Source: Anthoceros angustus
Lineage: Eukaryota > Plantae > Anthocerotophyta
Reading direction: 5' to 3'
Assembly (NCBI GenBank): GCA_010909165.1
Contig: VJWM01000019.1
Span: 186,001 to 250,000, forward strand
Length of the DNA stretch: 64,000 nt
Below the pieces are notes generated by a model that did not search any database, was not told the origin of the DNA, and worked only from the letters and a program-made list of their open reading frames with translations. A program made the position numbers and the translations under genes. Below, one piece after another: positions 39,101-50,189 of the stretch. Numbering within the stretch: position 1 is the first letter of the stretch; each line of letters begins with the position of its first letter.

Positions 39101-39290
39101 TTACGAAGCCTGGGCTGCAGGCCAACACGTCACATCTCTCGCTCAGGGGCCTGGGAACAATTTCCATTGCAGAAATTGAGTTCAATTCACTGAAGCCCAT
39201 CTCCCTCCCAAGGAGTGCTCCAGCGTGACGACTTTGTGCACGTACAGACGTCCAGCTGCGACGTTCTCCAGACGCCTGAAGTCAAGAGCA
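36110..39290. repeat. Local repeat cluster: about 0.9 kb unit (36955-37855) repeated at 37855-39290 with a CYP insert, and a 135-bp inverted copy at 36110-36245
   Basis: GCCCAAGGGCGCCAGTACATGGG at 36958 and 37857; GGAGGCTACGAATCTGTTACGAAGCCTGGG at about 37637 and 39086, and its reverse complement at about 36195. Confidence 0.85.
38191..38807 (+). pseudogene. CYP A fragment (5' UTR, exon 1 from 38254, part of intron 1)
   Basis: Near-identical to about 40872-41487; bounded by 9-bp microhomologies ATCAGCCAT and CATATCACA. Confidence 0.88.
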
Positions 39291-39357
39291 TTCCAGATGC
39301 CCGCCTCACCACACAACAACAGGATCAAGCATCACAAGCATCAGAAATCTCACAAAA

Positions 39358-39470
39358 TGCAGCAGCAACAGCACAAATCTCGAGACGCTCACCTTCTACT
39401 ACGATCTTTTCACCCCGCCCGTGGCGAAGGCGAAGCTTGCTGCTGCCAACTGGGCACGCTGGCGGGCGTT
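39358..39470 (+). pseudogene. 3' remnant of a third dirigent paralog (mirror of 18890-18975)
   Basis: GCAGCAACAGCACAAATCTC..GACGCTCACCTTCTACTACGATCTTTTCACCCCGCCCGTGGC aligns to the DIR2 3' end. Confidence 0.75.
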
Positions 39471-39564
39471 CTGGATCAGTTCCTATGAGACTGAGGAGGG
39501 GGGAGGGGCGCGGCGTGCATTGTGTTGTAAATATAAATCTTATTGCCCTTCAGTCGGTCACCAA

Positions 39565-39638
39565 GTCTGGGTGGTGTAGTTGGTCATCACGCTAGTCTCA
39601 CACACTAGAGGTCCCCGGTTCGAACCCGGGCTCAGACA
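39565..39638 (+). tRNA. trnV-CAC: tRNA-Val (anticodon CAC)
   Basis: 74-nt cloverleaf identical to the 18724-18797 copy. Confidence 0.96.
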
Positions 39639-40934
39639 AACACTCTTATCTACGACAGATCTGTTTCAAGCATTATGGCCAAATTTTATTATTCTGGTTA
39701 TTGAACTTGGGTAACATTTTCCATTTTCTTGTTGGAGAACTTGGGTTACATTTTCCATTGCCGACCATGGCGATACAAAGTACCTAAACAAACATATAAA
39801 TGAAAGAGACTTTATAAAATAAGCAAAGGTGAGGAGTCCCATCCACACAAGGCGGTGGAGAACAAGCATTTTATTTTTGTTGAAGAGCTTTGGTAACATT
39901 TTCCAACCGTATCAAAAACACCCACAGGGCGATACAAAGTACTTATATAAATATATACATGGAAAAGAATAAAAACTTTATAAAATAAGCAAAGATGGAT
40001 GTCCCATCCACACAAGGCAGTGGAGAACAACCCACAAATGGGCCCTTGGCTAAAATATATAAATCGCCATGCGTGTTTGCAGTGAGAGCATGGAAGTCTA
40101 TTTTTCTGAGACTCTCCCTCTCCACACATCAATCGAGTAACCCATGGTCAAGCTAAAATGTAAGTAAGTGTGAGTCAGGATGCAATCTTGCAGGTTCCTG
40201 CTTTCATTTCAGTACTTCCAGAGTCGGTATCTAGACTACCTAGTACTAAGTACTAAGCGGGCCGCAGGTAATGGAAGCTGGATGGGATGGGATGGGCTTT
40301 GGAACGAGGACTTAGATAGTGTGTGGGCTTCACCTTTCCCAACCCTGTATTCCAAACAGCTTGCCAGTAGCTAGAAACTGAGAGCTGGCGCATCTGGGCT
40401 GTCGAGAGTTGCACTCATGGGATCCTGAACATCTGGAGTAATGTGAGCCTGTCAACTTGAAGCTCTCGGTCTTTCCTCAGCACCTTCTGTGAAAGAGCCT
40501 TGAAAGTAAAACCATACATAGGTATGCAATGCACGTACGCACGCCTTGAAGGTTGATGAAAGATATCTTGCACCCGTGCAAGCCTGCTGGTTGGTAGCAC
40601 TTTTGTCTGTGGATCTGGTAGGAGTCACCGTCCGAACTGAGGGTCAGGCATCACCCAGGCTGGAGCCTAGGACCATGATGTACAATGAGGCTGCCTCCGC
40701 ACCTACTGCCTCAAACAGCTTTTGATCGGATTCCATTGTAGTGGAGCCTGAGGCAGTGTCAGACACCAGCCTGTTCACATTTAGGATTGTCCTTCTTCCC
40801 CAGGCCTGCAGGCATGCTTCCAAGTTGCTTAAGTATTCTAGTCCAGGTTTCAGCATTGTCCTGGCTTCAACATCAGCCATGCTTGTGTTCAAACAAGTAT
40901 TCAGCTCAGTGTTCAGCTCGCACAAATTGCAAGG

Positions 40935-43007
40935 ATGGCAAGCATGTTCACAATCGCCTTGGGATTGCTGTTGGTGGCCTGCCATCTGTGTATGCTGCTC
41001 CGCCAGCGCAACATCGCCAAGCTATGGTTTCAGATCTGCTCCAAGCTCCGCCAGGAGGGAGCAGCAGCCCGACTCTCCATCTCCTCCAGGTCCACCAGGC
41101 CTCCCGATTGTAGGCAATCTGTTCCAGCTGGGATCCGATCCGCACCGAGCACTTGCGGAGCTCAATCGGAAATACGGACCAGTTGTGTTCCTCGGCTCGG
41201 CGCCAGGCCTACCTTGACCACCTGCTCCCCACACATCGCCAAGGAGATCCTCAAGACGCAGGATCATGTCTTCGCATCCAGAGCTCCCACTGTGGCTGCC
41301 GAATATTTCGCCTACGAGTTCAATGACATCGCCATGGCGCCTTACGGACCTGCGTGGAGGAAGGCCAGGCGGATTTGCGTTTCGGAGCTCTTGACTCCCA
41401 GGTTTGGGCAAAGTGAACATATATGTTCAACATCTCTGCGATTCAAATCATGTGATTCGTTGTCGAGAGCACCGTGTTCATATCACAGATTTCCCATCTG
41501 AGTGTCAGGCGTCTGGAATTATTCGCAACGTCGAGAAGAGAGGAGGCGGACATCATGGTGCAAGAATTTGGGAGAACTACCAAACTGGCAAGGTGACAGA
41601 CCTGCAGATCACGCTTGGAGGCTGTGCCATGAACATCATCACCCGGATGCTCTTCAGCAAGAGCTACTGCCAGGGAATCCGATAACCGAGACAGGCTCCC
41701 AAGAGCCGGACATTCTGAAGATGCTTCACAAATCCTTCCAGCTCATGGGAGCAATCAACATCTCCGATTATCTGCCGTACCTGCGGAGGTTCGACTTGCA
41801 GGTAAGCTGCTAGCCCTTTGGATTTCAAGACAATCGTCACGACTCCCTTCCATACGTACCTGGTGCAAATGTGCATATCGTGCCAGGGCTGATCGTGTTG
41901 CACACGTTCTACAGGGCTACGAGAAGCAGATGCGAGCAATTAGGAAACAAGTAGACGACATGTATAACGGCATCATCGAGAAGCGACGGCAGCTCCAGAA
42001 ACAAAATCCTGGAAGCGAGCCACAGGACTTCGTGGACCTGCTGTTAGCTTCCACCAACGGAAAGCAAGAAGAAGAAAGAGCACCCCTGTCCGACACAGCC
42101 GTCAAGGGGATCCTTCATGTAAAGCTTGCTTGCCTCACCTCTTCTGAATCATCATTTGTAACAGAGCGTGAAAGTTGTCCCAGCTGCTAACGCCTGTACA
42201 GGATTCATGAGTGTCCTGTGCACATGTGCTTGCCAGGACATGATTGCTGCTGGCACCGACACGTCGTCCGTGTCAAGCGAGTACGTCATGGCCGAGCTCC
42301 TGCTCAACCCTAACATTCTGAAGAAAGCGCAGAGCGAGATCGACGACAAGGTAGGCATGCACAGGCTGGTGGAGGAATCGGATGTGATGGAGTTGCACTA
42401 CTTGCGATGCGTGGTAAAGGAGGCTCAGCGATTGCATCCTTCTGGCCCCTTCGTCGTGCCGCACTTTTCCATGGTCGCCACTCAGGTACCTACTAACAAC
42501 CTGAGCTTGCTTGATCTCCTGAAATTTGCAAACCGATTTCGTCATTGCGCATGGTGGTCGACGTCGCAGGTAGGTGGGTATGATGTTCCAAAAGGGACCA
42601 CGGTGCTGGTGAATGTTTTTGGACTGGGCCGCAACCCTGATGTGTGGGACAATCCGGAGCAATTCCATCCTGAGCGCTTTGCATCGGAAGCCAACCCCGA
42701 TTTGAAAGACCCCGAGTTCAGAATTGCAGTATTCGGAGGAGGAAGACGAGGGTGTCCCGGTGCCGCGCTCGGCACCCTCATTGTGCTCCTGGGAGTAGCA
42801 AGGCTCATCCAATGCTTCGACTGGGCCTGTCCACCTGGAGCCAAAGTCGACTTGACAGAGGTGTATGGAATGACATGCCCCCTCAAGCACCATCTCATGG
42901 CCATGGGGACGCCTCGCCTGCCCCACCATCTCTTCGCACAACTGGCCACAGCCCTGAAGTCTGAGGAGTCGGACCTCCTGCAAAGTGAGTTCACATCCCC
43001 AATGTAG
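40935..43007 (+). pseudogene. Cytochrome P450 (CYP703-like) paralog A, copy 2; exons 40935-41401, 41509-41801, 41915-42118, 42237-42485, 42570-43007; frameshifted as assembled
   Basis: Same motifs as copy 1. Compensating +1/-1 indels in exon 1. Exon 2 is 293 bp versus 295 bp in paralog B (two 1-bp deletions), giving a TAA at 41683-41685. About 550 aa if restored. Confidence 0.88.
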
Positions 43008-43388
43008 AAAGCAACCAGCCGACTGTCGATCCGGTTTCCAAATCAGAGTGTAACAAGGCCCCAAAACAAATAACAAAGGATTTGGTATTGTATTCGCCTC
43101 AAATTTGCTGTTTCAATTTGTTACTGAGGCACACTTTGGACCATCGGAAAACATTTCTTGCCAGCAGATGCGGTTCTCAAGCACTCTTGATGAGTTTCTT
43201 CAGCACTCTTTGTGTATATGCGGGTGGGTTGCTCACCAGTGCACTTGGCAGCACATGCCAAGGCTGCCAGGGCTCTTGAAAACTACCATATAGCTGAAGG
43301 CTTGATGGTCTGGATGTAAAGCAGACCGAGCAAGTTTGTGTCACACAAGCTTGATCGGCGTGCTCAAAGATCATCCGCCCAGGACCGA

Positions 43389-45320
43389 ATGGCAAGTTTG
43401 TTCACAGTTGCGCTGGGATTGCTGTTCGTTGCATACAGCTTGTTTGTTCTGTTGCCCACGCGAAAGGCCAAGTGGAAAGAAGGCCTCACTCTTCCTCCAG
43501 GGCCGCCGGGTCTCCCCATTGTTGGCAACCTTTTCCAGGTTGGCCCAGAACCGCACAAGAAGTTTGATGAGTGGAACCGGAAGTATGGGCCCGTTGTCTT
43601 CCTCCGCCTGGGCAGCAGGCCCACTCTGGTCACCAATTCTCCTCACATTGCCAAGGAGATCCTCAAGACGCAGGATCACATTTTCGCATCCAGGCCTCCC
43701 ACCGTGGCGGGCGAGTACTTCTCTTACGGATTCAACGACATTGCATTCGCACCTTACGGTCCCATGTGGAGGAACCACAGGCGGATTGCCGTCACAGAGC
43801 TCTTGACTCCCCGGTTTATATTCTATACTGCTTTAGCATCTGGAGCTTTGTCTTGAATTTGTGATTACGGCTTGACGCCTGCAGAGATTGAGATTGCATG
43901 ATGGTGATTGTGGAACAGGCGGGTGGAGACATTCGCGGCACAAAGAAGAGAAGAGGCTGACATTATGGTGCAAAGGATATGGAAGAACTACCACTCTGGA
44001 AGAGTGACAGACTTGCAGAGCACGCTAGGAGGTCTGTCCATGAATATCATCACACGGATGCTGTTCAGCAAGCCCTTCTTCCTGGGAGAGACACTCACTG
44101 AAACAATCTCAGAGGAGGCCAAAGCGCTTGCCACCATTCACAAGACTTTCAACCTCATGGGTTTGATCAACATCTCGGACTACTTCCCTTGGCTAAGGAG
44201 GTTCGATTTTCAGGTGACATTCGGCCGTGCAAAGCTATCTTTGCCTGATCAAGCTTACCTCAACATGCACTTGATTGAACAGGGAGTGCCGACTGAGTCT
44301 CGTCATTCCTTCGTTCGCGCAGGGTTACGAGGCACAGATGAAGCCCGTCAGGAAAGAAATGGATAAAACTTACGAGGCGATCGTTGAGGAACACAGGAGG
44401 AACGCAAAGAAGAAAAATTCTGAAAACATCCACAAGGATTTCGTGGACTTGCTGTTGGAGGCTAAAGATGAGCAAGAATTACCTTTGTCCCTCACCGCCA
44501 TCAAGGGCCTCATGCATGTAAGCTCAATGACATCTTCTTGGAGTCCATACGAGGATGTACGAAGGGCAGAGCCTTGGAACTGATGTTGATTTACACCTTC
44601 AGGACATGATTGCTGCTGCAACAGACACATCCTCAGTGTCAAGTGAGTACCTCATGGCTGAGCTCCTGCTCAACCCAGAGATTATGAGGAAAGCACAGGC
44701 CGAGATCGACAAAAAAATAGGGCAGGACAGGTTTGTGGAAGAGTCGGATGTTATGGATTTCCACTATCTCCGCTGTGTAGTGAAGGAGTCTCAACGATTG
44801 CACTCATCCGGCCCTTTCCTTATCCCCCACTACTCCATGGAAGCCACCGAGGTATGCGTATCTACACCTTTTTTTTTGTCGTGGATCAAAACGTTTGTGA
44901 GTGACGATCTCTTCACATGTGGCTTCATGGCAGTTGGGAGGACATTACATTCCAAAAGGTACCACAACGATCATCAGTGCCTACGGCTTGGGACGGAATC
45001 CAGATCTGTGGGAGAATCCAGAAAAGTTCGACCCTGACCGCTTTGCCCATGAGCCAAATCCGGACCTGCGAGAACCAGAGATGAGAGTAGTTGTGTTCGG
45101 GGGAGGAAGGCGAGGCTGTCCTGGTGCCACACTGGGCACCTACATGGTTCTGCTGGCGGTTTCCAGGCTGATCCACTGCTTTGACTGGACAATCGCACCT
45201 GGACAGACCGTTGATTTCACTCAAGAATATGGAATGACCACCCCAATGAAAAATCATCTCCAGGCTGTTGGCAAACCTCGTCTGCCGGAACATCTGTACA
45301 CTCAGTTGTCCAGAACCTGA
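43389..45320 (+). CDS. Cytochrome P450, CYP71 clan, CYP703-like paralog B; intact, 516 aa; exons 43389-43813, 43919-44213, 44323-44517, 44603-44851, 44934-45320
   Basis: All introns are GT-AG; the spliced length is 1551 nt and in frame. [72 protein letters not shown]. Confidence 0.92.
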
Positions 45321-47427
45321 AACAGCATACTTCTGTTCAGGACTGGCCACTGGGATTTCCTTATGCCCCAGACTATATCACCCGCAACAACATCTATGCC
45401 TCGGAGTTAGGCTGGTAGTATGGCATTAGCCGGTGGCCATGTAGGCAGCATCCAGAGCTGGGTGGTCTGCCATTAGCTTAACACCAACATCTGGAGTAGT
45501 ATGACAAAACAGCTGGTAGACGAAATTCAGCTGGGGCGTTTAGTAGTCGGAATTGAATTTCGTATCACATATATGTCAGTTCAGGTGACCACCTACGCTT
45601 GGATGGAATACAACCAAAAAAGCAATGCAAAGATCATTGCACATTAAGGATGCAGAGATCCCTAGTCATTAAGCATTGCCAGAACTCCCTGGAGAGCTCG
45701 TGATCAGCTACACGGGGGTGTATTTGGAAGTCATTGACCGAGGACCTCAGAACGAGACTTTGAGCTCTACGATCTTGAGTGCACGAAAAATATATAGTCG
45801 ATCGCCCTGGGCAATGTTTGTGACCTCGAGGCGCTTCAGCAAGGTGTCCTCCATCTCCATGTTGGATGCCAATTCGGTAAAAAAGCGGGGAGAGAAGTTC
45901 TGGAAGCGGCTGGCTCCATAGGTCATCTATGGTCAAGAATGAGTTACGAGGGTCTCTCTCTCTAGGGAAGTTGTTAGTTTGAGTTTGGCCATGGCCTTCT
46001 GGCTGTGACAATTCTTCGGTGCCCGGGCACTGAAAAATGAGTTCTCACGTTAAGTTGCTGGATCGTCCACGGTTAGGTCCATACTTGCGCGCTCTGTGTC
46101 CGGATTCACCCATGTGCTTACAACACGATCTCGTTATGCGTGGAGGACAAACCAAGCTGAGAATTGGCGCTCCCCTGTTCTTCGCCCAGAAGAATTGATC
46201 ACGATTCTTTTAGACTTTAGACCTTTAAAAGGGGAACGTGAAGACTTTATACGTAAAATAGGAGGTAGGAAATCTCATCCACCCAGACAAAGCACAAAGG
46301 GAAACAACCCTCATGAGCGCACCAGGACTAGCCCACAGAGGGACACAATCCTCAGGAGCGCACCAGGACTAGCCCCAGACCACTCCCATACCATTAAAAC
46401 TATCTTCCGAGTCGTATTTGTCCATATTGTTCTGAACAGTCCTCATAATAGTATTTTGAGTTATTAGAATTTGGAAGAGAAACGAAGTATATATGGGAAG
46501 AGGAACGAAGTTAATATATATTATAATATTATTTATTTTCTATTAAATATATTATCATTTTTATTATATATTAAAATAAATTAAATAAAATCTTAAAGAT
46601 GATCTATCTTCAAAGGACTCTTCAATATTTATTTAAATATTTTATTTATATGACGAAATAAGTGACAAGACTTGCGACCTTTCCTCTACTAACCTTAGAG
46701 ATAAAAGACTATTTCAAACATTACGTTGGACATTACATAAGAGTCTTCCATTTCACAACTTCATCATTGCTTCATAAGAGTCTTCCATTTCTCATCTTCC
46801 ATTTCTCAGCTTCAAGATTGATTCATAAGAGTCTTCCATTTCACAACTTCAACATTGCTTCTTGTGCAAAGTCATCGGAACTAATAGTAATGATAATCTA
46901 ATAATACTAGTGATTAATTAATTAGTAATTGAACGATTGAGTCTCTCACATTCTATCATATTTATGTTTTCAGGATTAAGTGAATCAAAGACTTAAACCA
47001 CCCTCCTCCATGTCCTGCTTACCTCATTTAGCCCTAGACTCAATTCTACTTTGGCTATTTCTGTAAAGGTCTTGAGTTTGTAAAAAGAATATGCATGTGC
47101 TACAATCTAATAGTTTGACTAGTCTATAAATTTAACATATGTAATTGATTGCGGTGCATGATAATTAAGAAAATGAAAAGTCATGTAGATCAAATTGTAT
47201 TGTTGCGCTGTCTTGATGACCTTGTGTATTGCTTAGTTAGGTTGTTGGAAATTGTAATTCTAGAAATTGTGTTATGTTTTCTTTGCAATTTTAAAGGAAT
47301 GCAAGAGTTTTGTTCATAAGAGTGGGTTCTTTTTCTGATTATTTTGGAATTAGGTAGTTGATGAAGCCTATTTTAATATTATTTTTATGATGTAGGACTG
47401 CGTGAATTCATTTTTTCTTTTTCCATC

Positions 47428-48288
47428 ATGGCACCCTTTCCACGGAAATTGCGGAAGAACAAAGATAGGGCTTTCCCTAGTTTTAATTCACTAATTGAGG
47501 AATTGCCTATAGTGGAGTTAGGTGAAACTTGGGAAGGGTACCCATATGCACCCAAACCATTTCCGGGCAAGGATGACAAATGGACAAGGATTGTTCAGGG
47601 TTCCAGAGCCGTGTCCAGCACAAGTGGGTATTATGCTGCTGTGCCTGTTATAGCACCTAGGGCATTTCTTAAATCAGAAGAACATTCCCAGAAATTCTCT
47701 TGTTCAAACAAATTGACGAAGTATGTTAGAGAACATTATCCGGAGCTGAAAGAATATGCTCATGAGCTTGCTAGTTCCTTTCAATGGAAAATACCACGTA
47801 TGAACAATCATCCAGGACATGTGGTAACAAGTAAAACTTATGACCGTCCTTGCATCCTTCTGGGACGTGAGACACAAGAAGCAGCTGACAAGTTCATGCT
47901 TTCCAAGAAGAGAGATGTCACGACAACAAACTCGGGTACTAATATTCTTGGATCTGCTCTTGGAAGCACTTGCAATTTTGTTGAAAATGGTGGGTCCGAC
48001 GAGAGGCTTGAGGCTAGGCTTACCATGCAAAGTCAAATTAGTTCCACCAGCTCGAAAGAAATAGCAACAAGTGATTCTTCTCAAAAGAGGGTAAAAGAAC
48101 AAGATATCAACACCTCTCCTAAGAGGAGTAGAAGACATATTATCAATACGCCTTCAACTCTTGGATTTCCTTCCGATGGGACTAATGCAGGCAATGGTTC
48201 CAAGATACAATCTCCCACTTTAAATCTTATGGTAAAGCTAGCTGAAGATTTATGTTCTCATGACGATGTAGGTGATTTTTGCTCTTAG
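47428..48288 (+). CDS. Unknown 286-aa protein of a repeated, probably TE-borne family; conserved N-terminal domain and Ser/Thr-rich tail
   Basis: Intact ORF, nearly identical in protein to 53489-54379 over about 260 aa; flanking non-coding DNA is also homologous. Confidence 0.65.
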   Translation: MAPFPRKLRKNKDRAFPSFNSLIEELPIVELGETWEGYPYAPKPFPGKDDKWTRIVQGSRAVSSTSGYYAAVPVIAPRAFLKSEEHSQKFSCSNKLTKYVREHYPELKEYAHELASSFQWKIPRMNNHPGHVVTSKTYDRPCILLGRETQEAADKFMLSKKRDVTTTNSGTNILGSALGSTCNFVENGGSDERLEARLTMQSQISSTSSKEIATSDSSQKRVKEQDINTSPKRSRRHIINTPSTLGFPSDGTNAGNGSKIQSPTLNLMVKLAEDLCSHDDVGDFCS

Positions 48289-49504
48289 TTATCTTTGTAC
48301 ATAGCTCTTGGATGAACTTTGATTGAATGGATGTTTGATGCTTTATATGCATTTCAATCACCATAGTATACTATTTCACTTCGTATGTTAGTTTTATTAA
48401 AAATAATAACAATAATAAACATAATAAAGAACAAAACCCATGAGAACGTATGTGTGAAACGTGATGTATCGTTTGAAAGACCTTTGGGTAGCGGGACCCT
48501 TTGATGCGGGAAACGGGGAGATCCAATGGTTGCGCGTTGGCCAAAGGCTGCCACACTTCTTTGAAGCCGACATGTTGTTACGGGTCACCTTTCTCATAGA
48601 CGAACGCATTTTTGTCACGGGTGTCATCGGAAGGCTTGCCAGAGGTCGGTCCCTCAACCTGTTCGTCTTTTGATTGCAGCAATAGAATATTTTACAATCG
48701 ATAAACCAAATTTTCATGCGGACAAGAGATGAAAGGCAGCCACATACTTACTGTTTTTTTTTTTTTGAAAACCCGTCGGTCTTGATTGCAAAGCTTGTAG
48801 AGAGGATCATGAAAAAGCAGCTCATAATGGTTAGCTCCACTTGCTCTAGCTGCTCATCCAGCCTCGCACAAGAAGCATGAACAAAGATTGCAGGATGTGA
48901 GTCTGATCTAGCAACTCTATCTCCTTCTCTCTCAACACTAATTTGCAATAGCAGTAGCGCATTCTATAATGCACCGCCTTGAAAAAATCATGCGAACTTT
49001 ACAAGGCGTCGGCAGATTATCTTACAATATATATTGCCTTCATTTATCCTAATTTTAAGATATTATGTATGCATTATTTTATGTAAATCTGGTCCCTAAT
49101 TAGAGGCCAAATTTAGTTAAAATAATATGTATATATATTTTGCCAAAAAATTAGGATTTAAATGGAATGGATATAATGTAATTAAATTATTAAATTCATA
49201 GATTTATAATCTTAATTAGATACTTTATTTAGTTAATTAAATAATTATTTTTCAATATTATCATATATTGAATAAATATTCATATATTGTATGATATACG
49301 TGTATAATTTGATCTTTGTATATCATGCCATATAGTATACCTTATGCTAGTACCCATATGTATGAAAAAGAGATATATACTATTTTTGTAGAATACGTAC
49401 ACATTTTAATGTAAAAATAATATTGTAAATCATTGAGACGTGAATTTTCCAAGTTGTAATCTACCTTGTAGATTGTACTGTAAAACTAGCGATTCGCGAA
49501 TTTT

Positions 49505-49956
49505 TTAGGTTGTAAATGATGTTATGAATGAGGTTGTAAACGATGTTGTAATGGACGTTGTAAATGACTTTGTAAACCAGGTTGTAAACCACGTTGTAAA
49601 CCATGCTGTAAACCATGCTGTAAACGACGTTGTAAACGACTTGTAATCTACAACACGTCGTAAATGGCGTTGTAATCTATAACTCGCTGTAAATGACGTT
49701 GTCATTTACGTTGTAAACAAGCCCAACTTTGTAAATGGCGTTGTAAATCGGCTACCCGGACACCTTACTCGTCCGGTTAGCTGACGTGGCGGCCAAGTCA
49801 ACAACTTGATGACGGAGCAATCTTGTCTGCCACGTTCGCAATTTTACAACCTAGTTAAGCTGTCAGTTTACAAACGTGTGAATGCCGGTTTTTACAACGT
49901 GAGATTGTAAATTACGTTGTAAAATGCGTTGTAAAACACCTGCGATTCTTGTAGTG
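49505..49956. mobile_element. CACTA transposon right terminus with a subterminal GTTGTAAA repeat array
   Basis: Ends ...GCGATTCTTGTAGTG (reverse complement CACTACAAGAATCGC), preceded by many (G)TTGTAAA and TTTACAAC units. Confidence 0.85.
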
Positions 49957-50103
49957 AGCTAGCAGACGGTAGGCGCGGGAATAGCCAGTGCTTTGTTCCA
50001 CATGGGGTCTACATTCATGAAACTCGTGACTCTTATAAAATTGGAGGAGATGTTCAGGATGTAGGCATGATGGAAGGAATTAGAATTAAATACCAGGTGG
50101 GTA

Positions 50104-50187
50104 TGTTATAGCTGATTTTATAGTCACCCCGAAGAGGTGTGACTCTTGGGAAGTGAGGTAGCCTATCTAGTTTGATATTCCTATACT
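50104..50187 (-). repeat. Very short (about 84 bp) LTR-like unit next to a polypurine tract
   Basis: TGTTATAG...CCTATAC, followed on the plus strand by CTTCCCCTCAAGG (minus-strand PPT CCTTGAGGGGAAG) just beyond the RNase H end; homologous to 56955-57039. Confidence 0.6.
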
Positions 50188-50189
50188 TC

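Noticed and set aside
45600-46470. ORFs 45634-46011 and 46096-46467
   Set aside because: Interrupted frames, no recognisable family, no second copy in the window to support them.
49505-49705. ORF with TTSF/TTWF repeats
   Set aside because: Translation of the CACTA subterminal GTTGTAAA repeats.
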